A model generated the notes under the pieces. That model saw nothing but the letters and a program-made list of their open reading frames with translations. It did no database searches and was not told where the DNA came from. The translations under genes were made by a program, and so were the position numbers. From Psammoneis japonica (lineage: Eukaryota), in assembly GCA_008632985.1 (NCBI GenBank), contig QPGO01000049.1, positions 1 to 64,000 of the forward strand: a DNA stretch of 64,000 nt, read 5' to 3'. Of the stretch, positions 12,176 to 23,840 are shown in pieces. The first letter of the stretch is position 1. The number at the start of each line of letters is the position of its first letter.

Positions 12176-13110
12176 GATTGACAGTCTTGCTCATTGTCAA
12201 CCCATTGAGCAACCGCCATCGTCGTCGTTGATTTGCCGATGATGCCATTTCAATTCTGCGTGGACCTCCGCATGCATCCTGCACACATCGGCAAGTCCAC
12301 GCGCGTCCAACACCAGGCATCGGCAGGAATTTAACGTCACCGTCAAGTCTCCTCACCGCTGGATGTCTGGATTGATTGTGCTGCCTTTGATTGCTGAAGA
12401 CATGCATCAACGGTCACATCCAAGTCTGTCCTTGATCCTCATCCCTTGACACACCCATTCGTCGGTTAACGGTCAAGAACCCCACACATTCAAGGATCTT
12501 CGTCGCTGAAGACAGATGTGTGTGCATGTCTTCACGGCCAAGAACTTGTGCCCACTCTTCGGACTGCGTTTTTGCCACCACTCTACAAGCACGCCGAGTC
12601 CATTGCACCTGATCTACCCTGGACTGCTGGTGCTCCACAGTTCTGCTGGGTCCATGAGGACGACTGTGAGAGCAAGCAGCCGTGATTGCAGCCTGCGTTG
12701 GGGCGAGGGTGTTTTCCCGCGTTTGTTCGTTCGTCCACAGCGCCTGACGCCTGCGTCAACTGGCCAGCCTGATCGGGAAATCCAACCGATGTAAAATGAG
12801 AACGGTTCGGGGGTCTTGTCCACCTCCAGTCAGCTTGCCTGCAGGGGTTTGCAACCCGCCACTCCGCTCGCAAGCAACCCAAAGCGCCGCTGGCTGCGGG
12901 TTTGGACGTGCCGGCACAACTCTACGGACCGGACAGGAAGTTTAGCACTTGACAACGAACGGGATGGCACAGCCCGGCGACTTCTGATTTTAAGGTAGTT
13001 CAAGATTTCAAGTCAAGTCCATTTCAAGTCAAGTCTGTTCTCACCCAAGTTTCAAGTCTACCTTCGCTTCCCAACAAGAATTGCTTGTCCTGACACCACC
13101 TTTGTCTACC

Positions 13111-16100
13111 ATGGTTCTCACTCGTCAGCAACAAACTGATGGTTTTGAGCACATTGTTGGAACCGTGCTTGCCCAAGGTGCTGGGAGCCCTCTTCGTTTG
13201 GCTTTGATCCAAGATGGCACGGACTCGCATCAAGAACTGTTCACGTTCATGCCGTCCCAAATCGACTCGCTTGAGTGCGACGACGGCACTAATGTGATCC
13301 CTTTGCCCCGCGGTTATAAGAACATGTTAGCAGCTCTAATTAGTCTGTACATTGTCAAAGCACACGAAGGTCTTGACGTTGCCAATGACTCCTCGTTGTT
13401 CACGCATGACGAGTTCCTTGCCTGCCACCTCAGCCCCGACTGCATGTCTTCTGTGTCCGTCGGCAGCTCACCCCTCGCACCTCCGCATGTCACCAACCCG
13501 ACCAAGGCACGCGACCCGGCACGAGACTTCAAGCGAGGCATCAAGCGTGACCCCACCGCTTTCACGGCTCTCAAATCCGACAAGCAGTGGCACACTTGGC
13601 ACACCTCACTTGTGGCACAAGCCTGTGCCCAAGACGTCGAGTGCATTCTAGACTCGTCGTACAAACCGACCAGCACCGAAGACAAACTGCTCTTCGCTGA
13701 ACAGCAAAAGCACATGTTCGCCGTCTTCGAACGCATCCTTCTCACCGACAAGGGCAAGGCTCTCATTTGCGAAAATGTGGGGTCTTCTGATGCCCAGACC
13801 GTCTGCCGCGCCTTGTCTGAGCATGCGCTCGCCTCCACCCGTGCATCTGTCAAGTCCTCCACCTTGCTCACGCACCTCACCACCGCACGTCTTGGTGATG
13901 GTGCTTAGAAAGGTCCGACCCACGGGTTCATCCTTCATTGGCAAGATCAGTTGCGCAAGTGCGAGGCACTCATCCCGGCCAGTGACCACTTCTCTGAAGG
14001 ACAGAGGCATGTCATGCTCGAGAATGCCACACACCCTGTCAAGGAACTCCATGCTGTCAAGAACCAAGCTGATCAGCATCGTGCACAGAGTGGCAAGAGC
14101 CTCACATGCGATCAATGCTGTGGCTTGCTCCTCTCCACGGCGGCTCAATGCGACAGTGCATTTCAACCCAAGACGACGCCTCGAGCTCCCCGACGTGCCA
14201 CACACACACACGACGTCTGCTCCGAGGAACCATCCGACGATGTGTTCTGCGACATTGACAGTGACATTGACGTCCTTCAGGCCAATGCTGCCTGCACCCG
14301 TGGTCCCAGCCTCGCCGGTGACCAATGGAAACGTCTCCCTCCCGACCACCAACGGATTTGGGATTCGCTGCCCCATTCCTCCAAGGTGATCATCCTTGAG
14401 CATTCTCGTCTGCCTCCCCGCAACCCGCGAGGCAGCAACTGCCATGAGTCCGTTACGGCCAACCTTCACGACCAACACCTTGGGAGTGACGGTGATGTCA
14501 ACTTGTCCAACACGACTCCTGCTCACTCTGGTGACCCCGCTCCAAATGTGGACGCCAATTCGGATGATCCCATCCTGGCGCACCTCACCAAGCGCAAGCC
14601 ACTGCCACCCGGTGATCTGCAATGTCTGTTGTCTCCTAACCAAGCCCCCAACGCCAGTCGACCGGGGCCATCCGCCGCTCCCTCTACCCCGCCAGCTCCT
14701 GCCGATGACACAGAACTCAACGGCCGCACTTGCCGCCGTGTCAATGACCACAATGTCATTTGCTCTGCCTCTGCTCATCGCTCCACACGCACCGGTGCTC
14801 CAGTTGATCGTGGGGCCAACGGCGGCATTGCTGGCGACGACATTCGCATCATTGCACGCACCTCTTGCCAAGTCGACGTTCAGGGCATTGACGACCATCA
14901 GTTGGTGGACATCCCCATTGTCACCGCTGGTGCCGTCATTGAGACCCAGCATGGTCCCGTCATCGCCATCCTCCATCAGCACGCATGCACGGGCAAGGGC
15001 AAGACCATTCATTCCTGCGGCCAGCTCGAATGGCACAAACAGGATGTCAACGATCGCTCTGTCAAGGTGCCCAACGGCTTGCAATGCATTGCCACTCCTG
15101 ATGGCCATGTCATCCCCATTGACATCAAGGGCGGCCTGCCTTGTGTTGCCATGCGACCTCACACTGACGCCGAATGGGACACCCTGCCAGATGTCATCCT
15201 CACCGGTGATGACACATGGGATCCTTCCATCCTAGATCACTCTGTCACTGACGACGACCAGTGGCACGACGCGATCTCTGACCCACAGGACGATCCCACT
15301 GCCAACCTGTTCGACGAATGCGGCAACCACCGTCATCGTGTCGTTGTCAATGAGACCATCATGTCCGCTTCCTTGTCTGCCGATCATGCGTCCGCCCTCG
15401 ATGATCACCTCATTCCGAACAACGACGTGTTCTACGAGTGTCATCTACACGCGATTGACCCCAAGGACGATGACGTTCCGCCCCCGGAGCGCACTCTGCA
15501 GCCCAAGGACCCCCCCTTCGAGTCTCTTCGGCCTTGCTTTGGCTTCCTGCCTGCCGACACGGTCCGTCGCACTTTTGACTGCACCACGCAGTGCGCCCGC
15601 ATGCCCGCCGGTGCACACCTTGGGAAGGCCTGCAAATCACCCAACCCCGCCCTTAATGTGCACCGCCGCAACGAGCCTGTCGCCACTGACACCGTTCATG
15701 CCGACACCCCGGCCGTCGACTCTGGTTGCACCAGCGCCCAACTGTTTGTTGGCACCGAGTCTACCGTCACTGATGTCTGCGGCACCAAGACGGACAAAGA
15801 GTTTGTCAACACACTTGAGGATCAGATCCGTGAGCGTGGTGCCCCATCCAAACTCATTGGCGACCGTGCTCAAGTTGAGATCAGCAACAAGGTGCTCGGG
15901 ATCCTACGAGCCCTCTTCATCTCCAGCTGGCAAAGTGAGCCTCACCAGCAACACCAAAACTTTGCCAAGCATCGATGCCAGACCGTGAAGCGCATGGCGA
16001 ACACTGTCATGGATCATTTCGGTTCGCCTGCCCACACATGGCTGCTGGCGCTCATGTGCGTGTGCTTCATGCTCAACCACACAGCGTCCCCACGTCTCCA

Positions 16101-18777
16101 CTGGCGCACGCCCCTCGAGACTCTCACTGGCTCCACTCCGGACATCAGCCCATTGCTTCGCTTTCACTGGTGGGAACCCATGTGCTTCCACTTCGATGAC
16201 TCCGATTGGCCACCCGAATCCCGTGAGTTGCGTGGACGCTTTGTTGGCATTGCTGAGCACGTCGGCCACCAGATGGCCTTCAAGATTCTCTCTGACGAGA
16301 CTCAGAAGATCCTCTGCCGGTCCAACGTATGATCCGCCACCACCGATCCTGCCATTCGAAACCTGCGTCTTGATCCCACTGATGGGGAGCCACCTGAACC
16401 CATCATCAAATCTCGCCATGACGACAACCCCATCAACTCTCCTGATGGGGAGATCAGGACACCCAAGATGCCAGTTTTTGATCCGCAAGACATCATCGGA
16501 CGCACCTTCCTCATGCAGCCACAAGAGGACGGACAACGCCACAGAGCTCGCATCGTCAAGGCCATCGAAGACCACGAATGGAAAGTGAACGGCAATCCCG
16601 AGCTCACTGGGTTCGTCTGCTCTGTCAACAACGACGAATGCGAGGAAGTCCTTGCCCACAACGACATCATGAATCACATTGAGCAAGAAGACGAAGACAC
16701 TGCTGTTTGGAAATTTCGACGCATCGTGTCACACGAAGGACCTCTGAAGCCTCATGACCCAACCTGGAAAGGCTCAAGCTACAACATCATGCTTGAATGG
16801 GAAAGTGGGGAGATCACGTCCGAGCCTCTTGCCATCATCGCCAAGGACAACCCCGTCACCTGCGCCATCCATGCACGAGAGAACGGACTTCTCGACACTG
16901 ATGGCTGGAAGCGGTTCCGCACCATCGCGAGGCGCCAAAGAAGCTGTTTCGCATGGCCAACCAAGCCAAGCTTCGCTCTTCCGCACTGCACCTCGCTGCA
17001 AGTGTGGGTGCGAAGTTCCCCGGAACTGCAAACACGCCATGTCACTAGACGAACGCAACGGCAACCGCAAATGGGGAGACGCAACTAATCTCGAGATGGA
17101 CCAACTCGAGGAATACGAAGTCTTCCATGACTGCGGGCCCTTCGAGTCTTCCACTCCTCCTGCGGGACACAAGAAGATCCGAGTGCACCCAGTGCACGAC
17201 GTGAAACACGACGGTCGCCACAAGGCACGACTCGCAGCCGATGGGCACCTCACGGACGTGCCCGTCAACAGTGTCCACTCCAGAGCAGTCTCCCTCCGTG
17301 GCCTTCGGCTGATGATTTTCCTGGCCGAACTCAACGAGTTGGAGACATGGGCCACCGACATTGGCAATGCCTGCCTTGAAGCCACCACCAAGGAGAAGCT
17401 CTACATTGTAGCCGGACCCGAATTTGGCAAACTCGAAGGACACATCCTTGTCATCCACAAGGCCCTGCATGGACTGCGCAGCTCCGGTCTCCGCTGGCAC
17501 GAGCGCTTCGCCGACTGCCTGCGAGCTGAAGGCTTCTTCCCCTGCCGCGCCGAACCCGACATTTGGATGCGCAGGAACGGCGACCACTGTGAATGCATTG
17601 CCGTTTATGTGGATGACCTCGCCATTGCTCTGAAGGACCCTCAATCTTTCGTCGACACTCTCACGGAAAAGCACAAGTTCAAGCTCAAGGGTGCGGGACC
17701 CATTGAGTTCCATCTGGGTTGCGACTTTTCCCGGGATCCCGACAGCACCTTGTGCCTGTCTCCACGCAAGTGCATCGAGCGCATGGTCGACAGCTGCACC
17801 CGACTGTTTGGGGAGAAACCCACCACCAATGCCCTGTCACCTCTGGAGAAGGGTGACCACCCCGAACTGGACACTTCCGAACTGCTGGACCCGATGGCAT
17901 TCACAAGTTCCAGTCTCTTGTTGGTTCACTCCAATGGGCAGTGTCCCTTGGTCGAATTGACATTGCCACGGCCGTCATGTCACTCTCTAGCTTCCGAGCT
18001 GCACCCCGTCAAGGCCACTTGGATCGTGCCAAACGCGTCTGTGGGTGCCTCTCCAAGATGCGACACGGCGCTCTCCGCGTTCGCACGGAAGAGCCCGACC
18101 ACTCGGATCTCCCTGCTCCGGCCTGTGAATGGATGCATTCCGTGTACGGCGAAGCAGAAGAGATGATCCCGAAGGATGCTCCACCGCCCCTTGGCAAGTT
18201 CGTCACTGCCGCCCACTACGTCCATGCAAACTTGCACCATTGCATGCTCACCGGACGCTCTGTCATGGGAATGCTCCACTTCCTCAACAAATTCCCGGCT
18301 GGTTGGTTCTCTAAGAAGCAAGCCACCATAGAGACTGTGACCTGCGGGTCTGAATTTGTTGCCGCAAGGACTTGTGTCGAGCAGATCATCGACCTGCGCA
18401 TCACCCTGCGCCACCTTGGCGTCCCGATCCGTGGTGTCAGTTGCATGTTCGGTGACAACAAGTCGGTTGTAGACAGTGCCACCATCCCGCACTCCAAGTT
18501 ACACAAGCGACACACCGCACTGTCGTTCCACCTTGTGCGTGAGGCAATTGCCTCTGGTTGCCTTGAGTTCCACTTCATCGAAGGCTCCCGCAACCCTGCT
18601 GACATTCTCAGCAAGCATTGGGGTCACTCCCAAATCTGGGACCTTCTCCGACCCCTCATGTTCTGGAACTTCATTCCATCCGAAGTCGAATCTGTTTCTG
18701 TGGCTCCTCAAGCAAACTGGGGAGTGACAGGATTTGAACAGGATTCAGGTGCGCGCGAAATGTCGCGCGCTGTTTAG
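13111..18777 (+). pseudogene. gag-pol polyprotein pseudogene (gag, aspartic protease, integrase, reverse transcriptase, RNase H)
   Basis: RDFKRGIKRD (gag), VDRGANGG (protease), VATDT...DRAQVE...SEP (integrase), KARLAADG, ATDIGNA, YVDD (RT), FGDNKSVV and NPADILSKHW (RNase H). Stops at ~13906 and ~16330; frameshifts at ~16940 and ~17890. Confidence 0.92.
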
Positions 18778-19000
18778 TTTGCCGTGCACAGTTTTGTGTG
18801 CTTTAGTTCCGCGCGTTCGCGCGCAATGCAGTTTGCTTTCGAGCCACAAGGCTCACAAGAATGATGACAGCAGCCCGATTGTGCCGACTTGCACGTCTTT
18901 CGGCTCCTGTGACGGTCTCTGAGCGGAGACTCATCTGCTGTTTAGACAGCAGCAAGGAGTCATTGTTTGAATTCTTGCCATTTGCCTTCAATTTCTGTCA
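18725..19000 (+). repeat. 3' LTR
   Basis: Direct repeat of 11900-12175, followed by TSD GCAGT. Confidence 0.95.
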
Positions 19001-20300
19001 GCAGTGTTGAACAAACAACCTGGAGCAATGCCGGTGTGGAATCTAGAGTGGCGTCAAACAAAGAAACTAAAGCACTGAGTGGCATGGAATCATCCAATCT
19101 AAAACCAGTTGCAAGTGAGTCACTCCCTCCGAGTCACTCAGTTTTCGACGAGGCGCGACAGATGGTTTCTAATGCAGTGCGGTTGACAGCATTCGACAGA
19201 CAGCATTCGACATGACAGTGCAGACAGCATTCGATGAAATGCGACAGCTGGTGCCCGACATGAAGCTGCAGATGGCATCAGATGCAGTGCTGTGGCTGGC
19301 ATCCAACACGATGCTGTGGACGGCATCCGACGGGATGCACAGCATCCGACGCGACACTGCATTCGACGCGACACGCTAGATGGCATTTGATTTGCTTCTT
19401 CTTCCATGCTCGGAATCTTTGAAGCAATGGTGAGGCATGTCTTGGACAGATCTACTCGAGGAACTGGAGGAACTGTTGTCTTCAGGTGGCAGTTCCTTCC
19501 TGTTGCCCTGTTTCTCGGAGCGCTCTGCTCTTGCTTTCTTCACGTCGACATCATTGTCCTCTGACAATGCTGCTGCAGCTGATGGTGTTCGCTTTCGACA
19601 CGGTCGCTCACTCATGGCAAATGTGTCCTCTGACCAAGCTGTTCAAAGCAACAACAAAAACAAAAAGCACCATCAGTTCCAAGCACGACCACAACAACGA
19701 AAGCAGTGTCGCAAAAACGCCTTTTTGACACGATGACAACACTCCCCATGACAATGCAACAATCTCAGGCGCTCTTCTCAATGCAATGAACAAACAATCT
19801 GAGCCATGAAAGACAACAGATGAAGCCGCATCTGCAAAGTGTAAACGATGCGGCCAACGGCATGGGATCAAAAACCACAACGCAGCGTTCAGGCGCTCTT
19901 CTCAATGCAAAGTGCAACAAAAAATGAACCTTTGCGACCTCGTCGAGAGGCGTTTGCACAAAAACCTTGATGGTGAGATTCCATTTCGGTAAAGAATGCA
20001 CTTTTTCTACGAAGGAGCTCGGTGCGTTTCTACGTTGTGGTGAGAGCAGAATTTCTTTTGTGGTGAGAGCAGAATCTTGCATGAGAGACCTTCGGGTGCG
20101 TGCGAGCGCGCGCGCGAAGAACGGTCGACGCATAGACTCCTCACGATGGAGAGTGGAAACGGCAGAGCCGCAACGACGCGACGCGCGACGCTCCGAAACC
20201 ACCGCCCAAATAAAAAATCAGAATCACACACCACACTCTACACTCTCTCTCCTTGCTACTCGACAAGTGACTGAACAGGCAGCACAGGCTTCGTGCATAC

Positions 20301-21242
20301 ATGAACAGGGTGCTCTCTTTTGCTCGCACGGCCTTTGTTGCAACTAGCGCTGCTGCTTTCTCACCGTCGACGTTGGCCAAGAATCATCACCAGCAAGCTT
20401 CTTTCGGTCACTGCGGCATGACATCGACAGAGGCGGCTGAAACCAACTGCGGCGTCACCTACCCCGAGCTTTGTGTCTTTGATCTTGATGCTTGTCTGTG
20501 GGACCAAGAGATGTATGAAATGACAGCCATGCCAAGTGACAAAGTCGTGGGGGACCTCAACGGTCGTGGTGAAGGTGTAAGTTGAGAAAAGGGCGAACTG
20601 CTCGTGCGTCAATCACAGCACTCTTACCGCACTTTTTGTGTCAATGCTTTAGGTAATTGGCGTCATGAGTGGACGAAACCAGATTTCATTGCACAAGGGA
20701 TCATTGATTGCGCTTCAAGAGCATGCAGACGGAAAATACCCAGGGATGAAGATTGCGCTTGCCAGCAGGTGTGTGTGTTGATACTTCGTGATGAACGACG
20801 CTGCCTTTCTCTATTTTCGCCTTGTTGTACTCACACCTTGTCGTTCGTTTGCATCCACAGTGCTGACACTCCATACGCTGAAAAAGTTGGACGAGCTACT
20901 CTCAAAATATTGGAAGTTGTGCCAGGCATGACAATTTGGGATTTGCTCATGCGTGATTGGGATGGTGTCGATGTGAATCAGATTGGAAGACAACCACCAC
21001 TGTCCTCTAATAAGGCAAGGAGTCACTTTCCCGAATTAAAAAAGGCAACAGGGATCCGATACGATCGCATGTTATTCTTTGATGATTGCAATTGGGGCGA
21101 TCACTGTGGAATGGTGGCTGCGGCTTGCAAGGAAAAGGATACCGCCAAAGGACCCGCAACCGTACGAACTCCTTATGGCCTCGGAGAAAAGGAGTGGCGA
21201 AAAGGCATTGAGGTCTACAGAGACCATGCCAAGAACCTTTGA
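20301..21242 (+). CDS. Magnesium-dependent phosphatase 1-like HAD phosphatase, plastid-targeted; exons 20301-20576, 20653-20768, 20861-21242
   Basis: VFDLDACLW (HAD motif I), ASS|ADTP across intron 2, MLFFDD, and AAAFSP targeting motif. GT-AG introns restore the frame. Confidence 0.85.
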
Positions 21243-21362
21243 TAGTGAGCTTTGAATATCACTAATACGCTCGCTTATCGTATAGGAAGCGTTTGGTGGC
21301 TCCCATAATCTTGCGCGACTGCTTGGCACTATTAAAAAATGACAATTCACTACATTATCATT

Positions 21363-22690
21363 CTAAGACACTTGTCCATCTGCCATTCCATTGAGAGCCT
21401 TGACTGGTCCTGCACCAGTCATGGCTGTAGCATCCTTCCAGGCCACAGTACCTTCGGCGTTTGTCTTCAAATCGGGAGCCAGTTTTTCAAAAATCTTCTT
21501 CTTGGCAACCTTATTCTCTGCTTCAGGGTCACCCTTGTAAGGATCAAACGTGACGCGCTCCCCGATCTTTGCTCCCTCTGGGGGGACCACAAATTCGACC
21601 GCCGTGTGATCTGCATTGGAGGCGCACATGACCATTCCGTGACTGGGAAATCCAACCAAGTTGCGAGCCTTGAGATTGCACAGGACAAGCACCGTCCTAC
21701 CATCCAGATCTGCTTCCTTATAAAAGGGTCTCAATCCAGAAGCAATCTGTCGGGGCTTGTCTTCTCCAACGTCCACTTCTTCACAGAAGAGCTTTTCGGC
21801 GTCAGGATGGTGCCACACTTTGAGAATCTTGCCTACACGAATATCTAGAGCAGAAATATCGAGTTCCTTGGCTGCCGCTGGAGGTGGCTGAGGCTGTTTA
21901 TTCTTCTTCTTGGCAGCCTTTTTCGCCTTCTTGTCGGCAGCGGCCTTTTTCTGCTCCTCCGACACGTCTCCACCGCCACCGCCAGACTGTTGCTGCTGTT
22001 CCTTTGGCTTGCTACCGTCATCACCCTTTGGTACTGCAGAAGAAGCAGGTGGGGGCATATTCTCCTCTGTACCAGAGCAAAACACCGGTACTGACGCAGG
22101 AGTCGGTTCTACTGGCAAGTCAGGAATCGCGATACTCTTCCCCTCCGCCATATCAACAAGCGTGGCATGGCACTGCTCCAACCACCGGCGAACGTGAATA
22201 TGATGCTTCTCCAACTGAACCAACGAGGGATTCTCGAGTAGAGCTAGTGTCAAATCAAATCCGCCAATGTAGGATTAGCGCTGGGTACCAAAAAGGCTCG
22301 AGTCGTGAGGTACTTGTTGAGTTGATTTAGCAAGTCCGACTCGGCAGCGGGTCCTCCCTCGTTTTCGAAGCGACACTCATCCAGCTGCTCACTCCCGCCA
22401 AGGCCAAAGCCGAAGATGGCGAAGAGCTGACGTATGGCCTCCCAATAAGTAGTAAGGAGCAGAATCAAGGGCATTGTGTAGTACCATGCCACAAAGCGCC
22501 CTAAGAATCGCATTCCGTTGAGTCAAGACTGTGTGCGAAATGAGTGCAAGCGAAAGGGAGGCTTTCTTTTTCTTGACTACTTTGAGCTGAAGAGGAGAAG
22601 CTAGCGATGCTACCAAGTTCACCAACAATCCTTCGACGCTTGATTCACCGTAAGAGTGGCCAGCGCAGCCGACGAAGTCACCTTTGCCAT
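21363..22690 (-). CDS. tRNA-binding OB-fold protein (Arc1p/AIMP1/EMAP-II-like) with GST-C-like N-terminus; 5' part broken by apparent single-base indels
   Basis: LDIRVGKI...HPDAEKLFCEEVDVGE...RQIASGL...LCNLK...SHGMV motifs. Upstream fragments in different frames (LNKYLTTRAFLV...PTLAD) are GST-C-like. Confidence 0.8.
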
Positions 22691-23204
22691 GGTCTCTTTC
22701 TTCTTTTTTGTTTTTTGTCCGCTTTGTGATGCCCCTTGCGATGGAATACGGCACCTCAACCGGCGAGCGAGAGAAAAAATGTGTGGTGAGTTTTTGTCTT
22801 TCGACGGAGCTCGCACAGTTCCCCTCATAACCTGCCCCCTTCCGCCTGGATTTGGCGTGATCATTCTTATAAATCGCAGTGCAGCCATTGGGACCATGAC
22901 TGTGCGGGTTGAGCAAGCATTGAGAGTTTCAGTTTTGCACTGGGTGAACTCTCCTTCTTTGAGTCTGTGGGCCCTGCAGTGTGATTTCCAATTTCTGGGA
23001 CAACCCCGACCACTTGACGCGCCACACAACATGACACACTGCCGAAAGGACTTTTTTTAGAGAGCGAGGGTGGTGCGGCAGGGGGGGGGGGGGTTGCAAG
23101 AGGACGTGCACAAAATTTCCTCACACTGGCACCATCTTTCTGCATGAAATTGTTGGTTTCACAGCAGCTGCTCTGCAAGTCATTTGGCCCTTGATGCACA
23201 GCTC

Positions 23205-23840
23205 TGACAGAGAAATCGAGGATGACTCTGGGTGGAAGAAAACAATGACTCCTTGCTGCTGTCCAAACAACAGATGAATCTCCATGCAGAGACTGTTGCA
23301 GGAGCCAAAAGACTGGTGTCATGACAGTGGTGCCACTGTCACCATTCTTGTGAGCCAAGTGGCTCGAAAGCAAACTGCACCACGCGTCGCGCGCGAAACT
23401 GAGAGCACACGGAATTGTGTGTGACAAACCAAAATCTTGTTCAAATCCTGCTGTCACTCCCCAGTTTGCTTGAGGAGTCTGCAGAACAGATGATTCAAGG
23501 TCAGATTGGTTGAAGGCCTTGGGATCAAAGCCCCAAAACATTGGAGGACGGAGGAGGTTCCAGGCCTGGGAGCAGCCCCAATGCTTGCTGAGAATGTCAG
23601 CCGGGTTGTGGGAACCTTCGATGAAATGAAACTCAAGGAAACCAGAGGCAATCACCTCATGCACACAGTGGAATCAGAGGGTGGTGTGTTGCTTGTGTGG
23701 CTTGGAGCATGGGATGATGGCACTGTCCACAACTGATGTTGTTCCCAAACATGTTGTGACACGTGTCACGAGTGGAAATGCCAAGGTGATGCAAAGTGAT
23801 GCACAGATCAATGATCTGTTGAACATGTGTCCTTGCAGCA
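23205..23840 (-). mobile_element. Truncated second CoDi-like copia copy: RNase H C-terminus, PPT and LTR (23456->23205)
   Basis: NPADILSKHWGCSQ and QIIDL...VVDSA fragments, gcaaactggggag then TGACAG...CTGTCA, and LTR core cagtttgctttcgagccac shared with the intact element. Confidence 0.88.

Larger units (their letters stand above)
11900..19000 (+). mobile_element. Full-length Ty1/copia LTR retrotransposon (diatom CoDi-like), mutationally inactivated
   Basis: 276-bp LTRs with TGACAG...CTGTCA ends, 5-bp TSD GCAGT (11895-11899, 19001-19005), polypurine-like tract aaactggggag before the 3' LTR, and gag-PR-IN-RT-RH order. Confidence 0.96.
10727..20155. mobile_element. TIR-bounded DNA transposon-like element (~180-bp terminal inverted repeats 10727-10905 and 19975-20155) interrupted by the copia insertion
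   Basis: Left cactctccatcgtgag...caagattctgctctcaccacaaaagaaattctgctctcaccacaacgtagaaac matches the reverse complement of the right end. No TSD or transposase recognised. Confidence 0.75.

Noticed and set aside
12176..12200. Primer-binding site after the 5' LTR
   Set aside because: gattgacagtcttgc could not be matched confidently to a tRNA 3' end by eye; it may be mutated.
13111..18777. Alternative genetic code or codon reassignment explaining Cys/His in place of Tyr
   Set aside because: Neighbouring host genes use TAY for conserved Tyr (e.g. RPL10), and TA loss also affects non-coding LTR and TIR DNA.
11900..19000. ADAR-type RNA editing of the retroelement transcript as the cause
   Set aside because: Changes occur on both strands, differ between the two LTRs, and also affect the TIR element and a putative DNA-transposase fossil.
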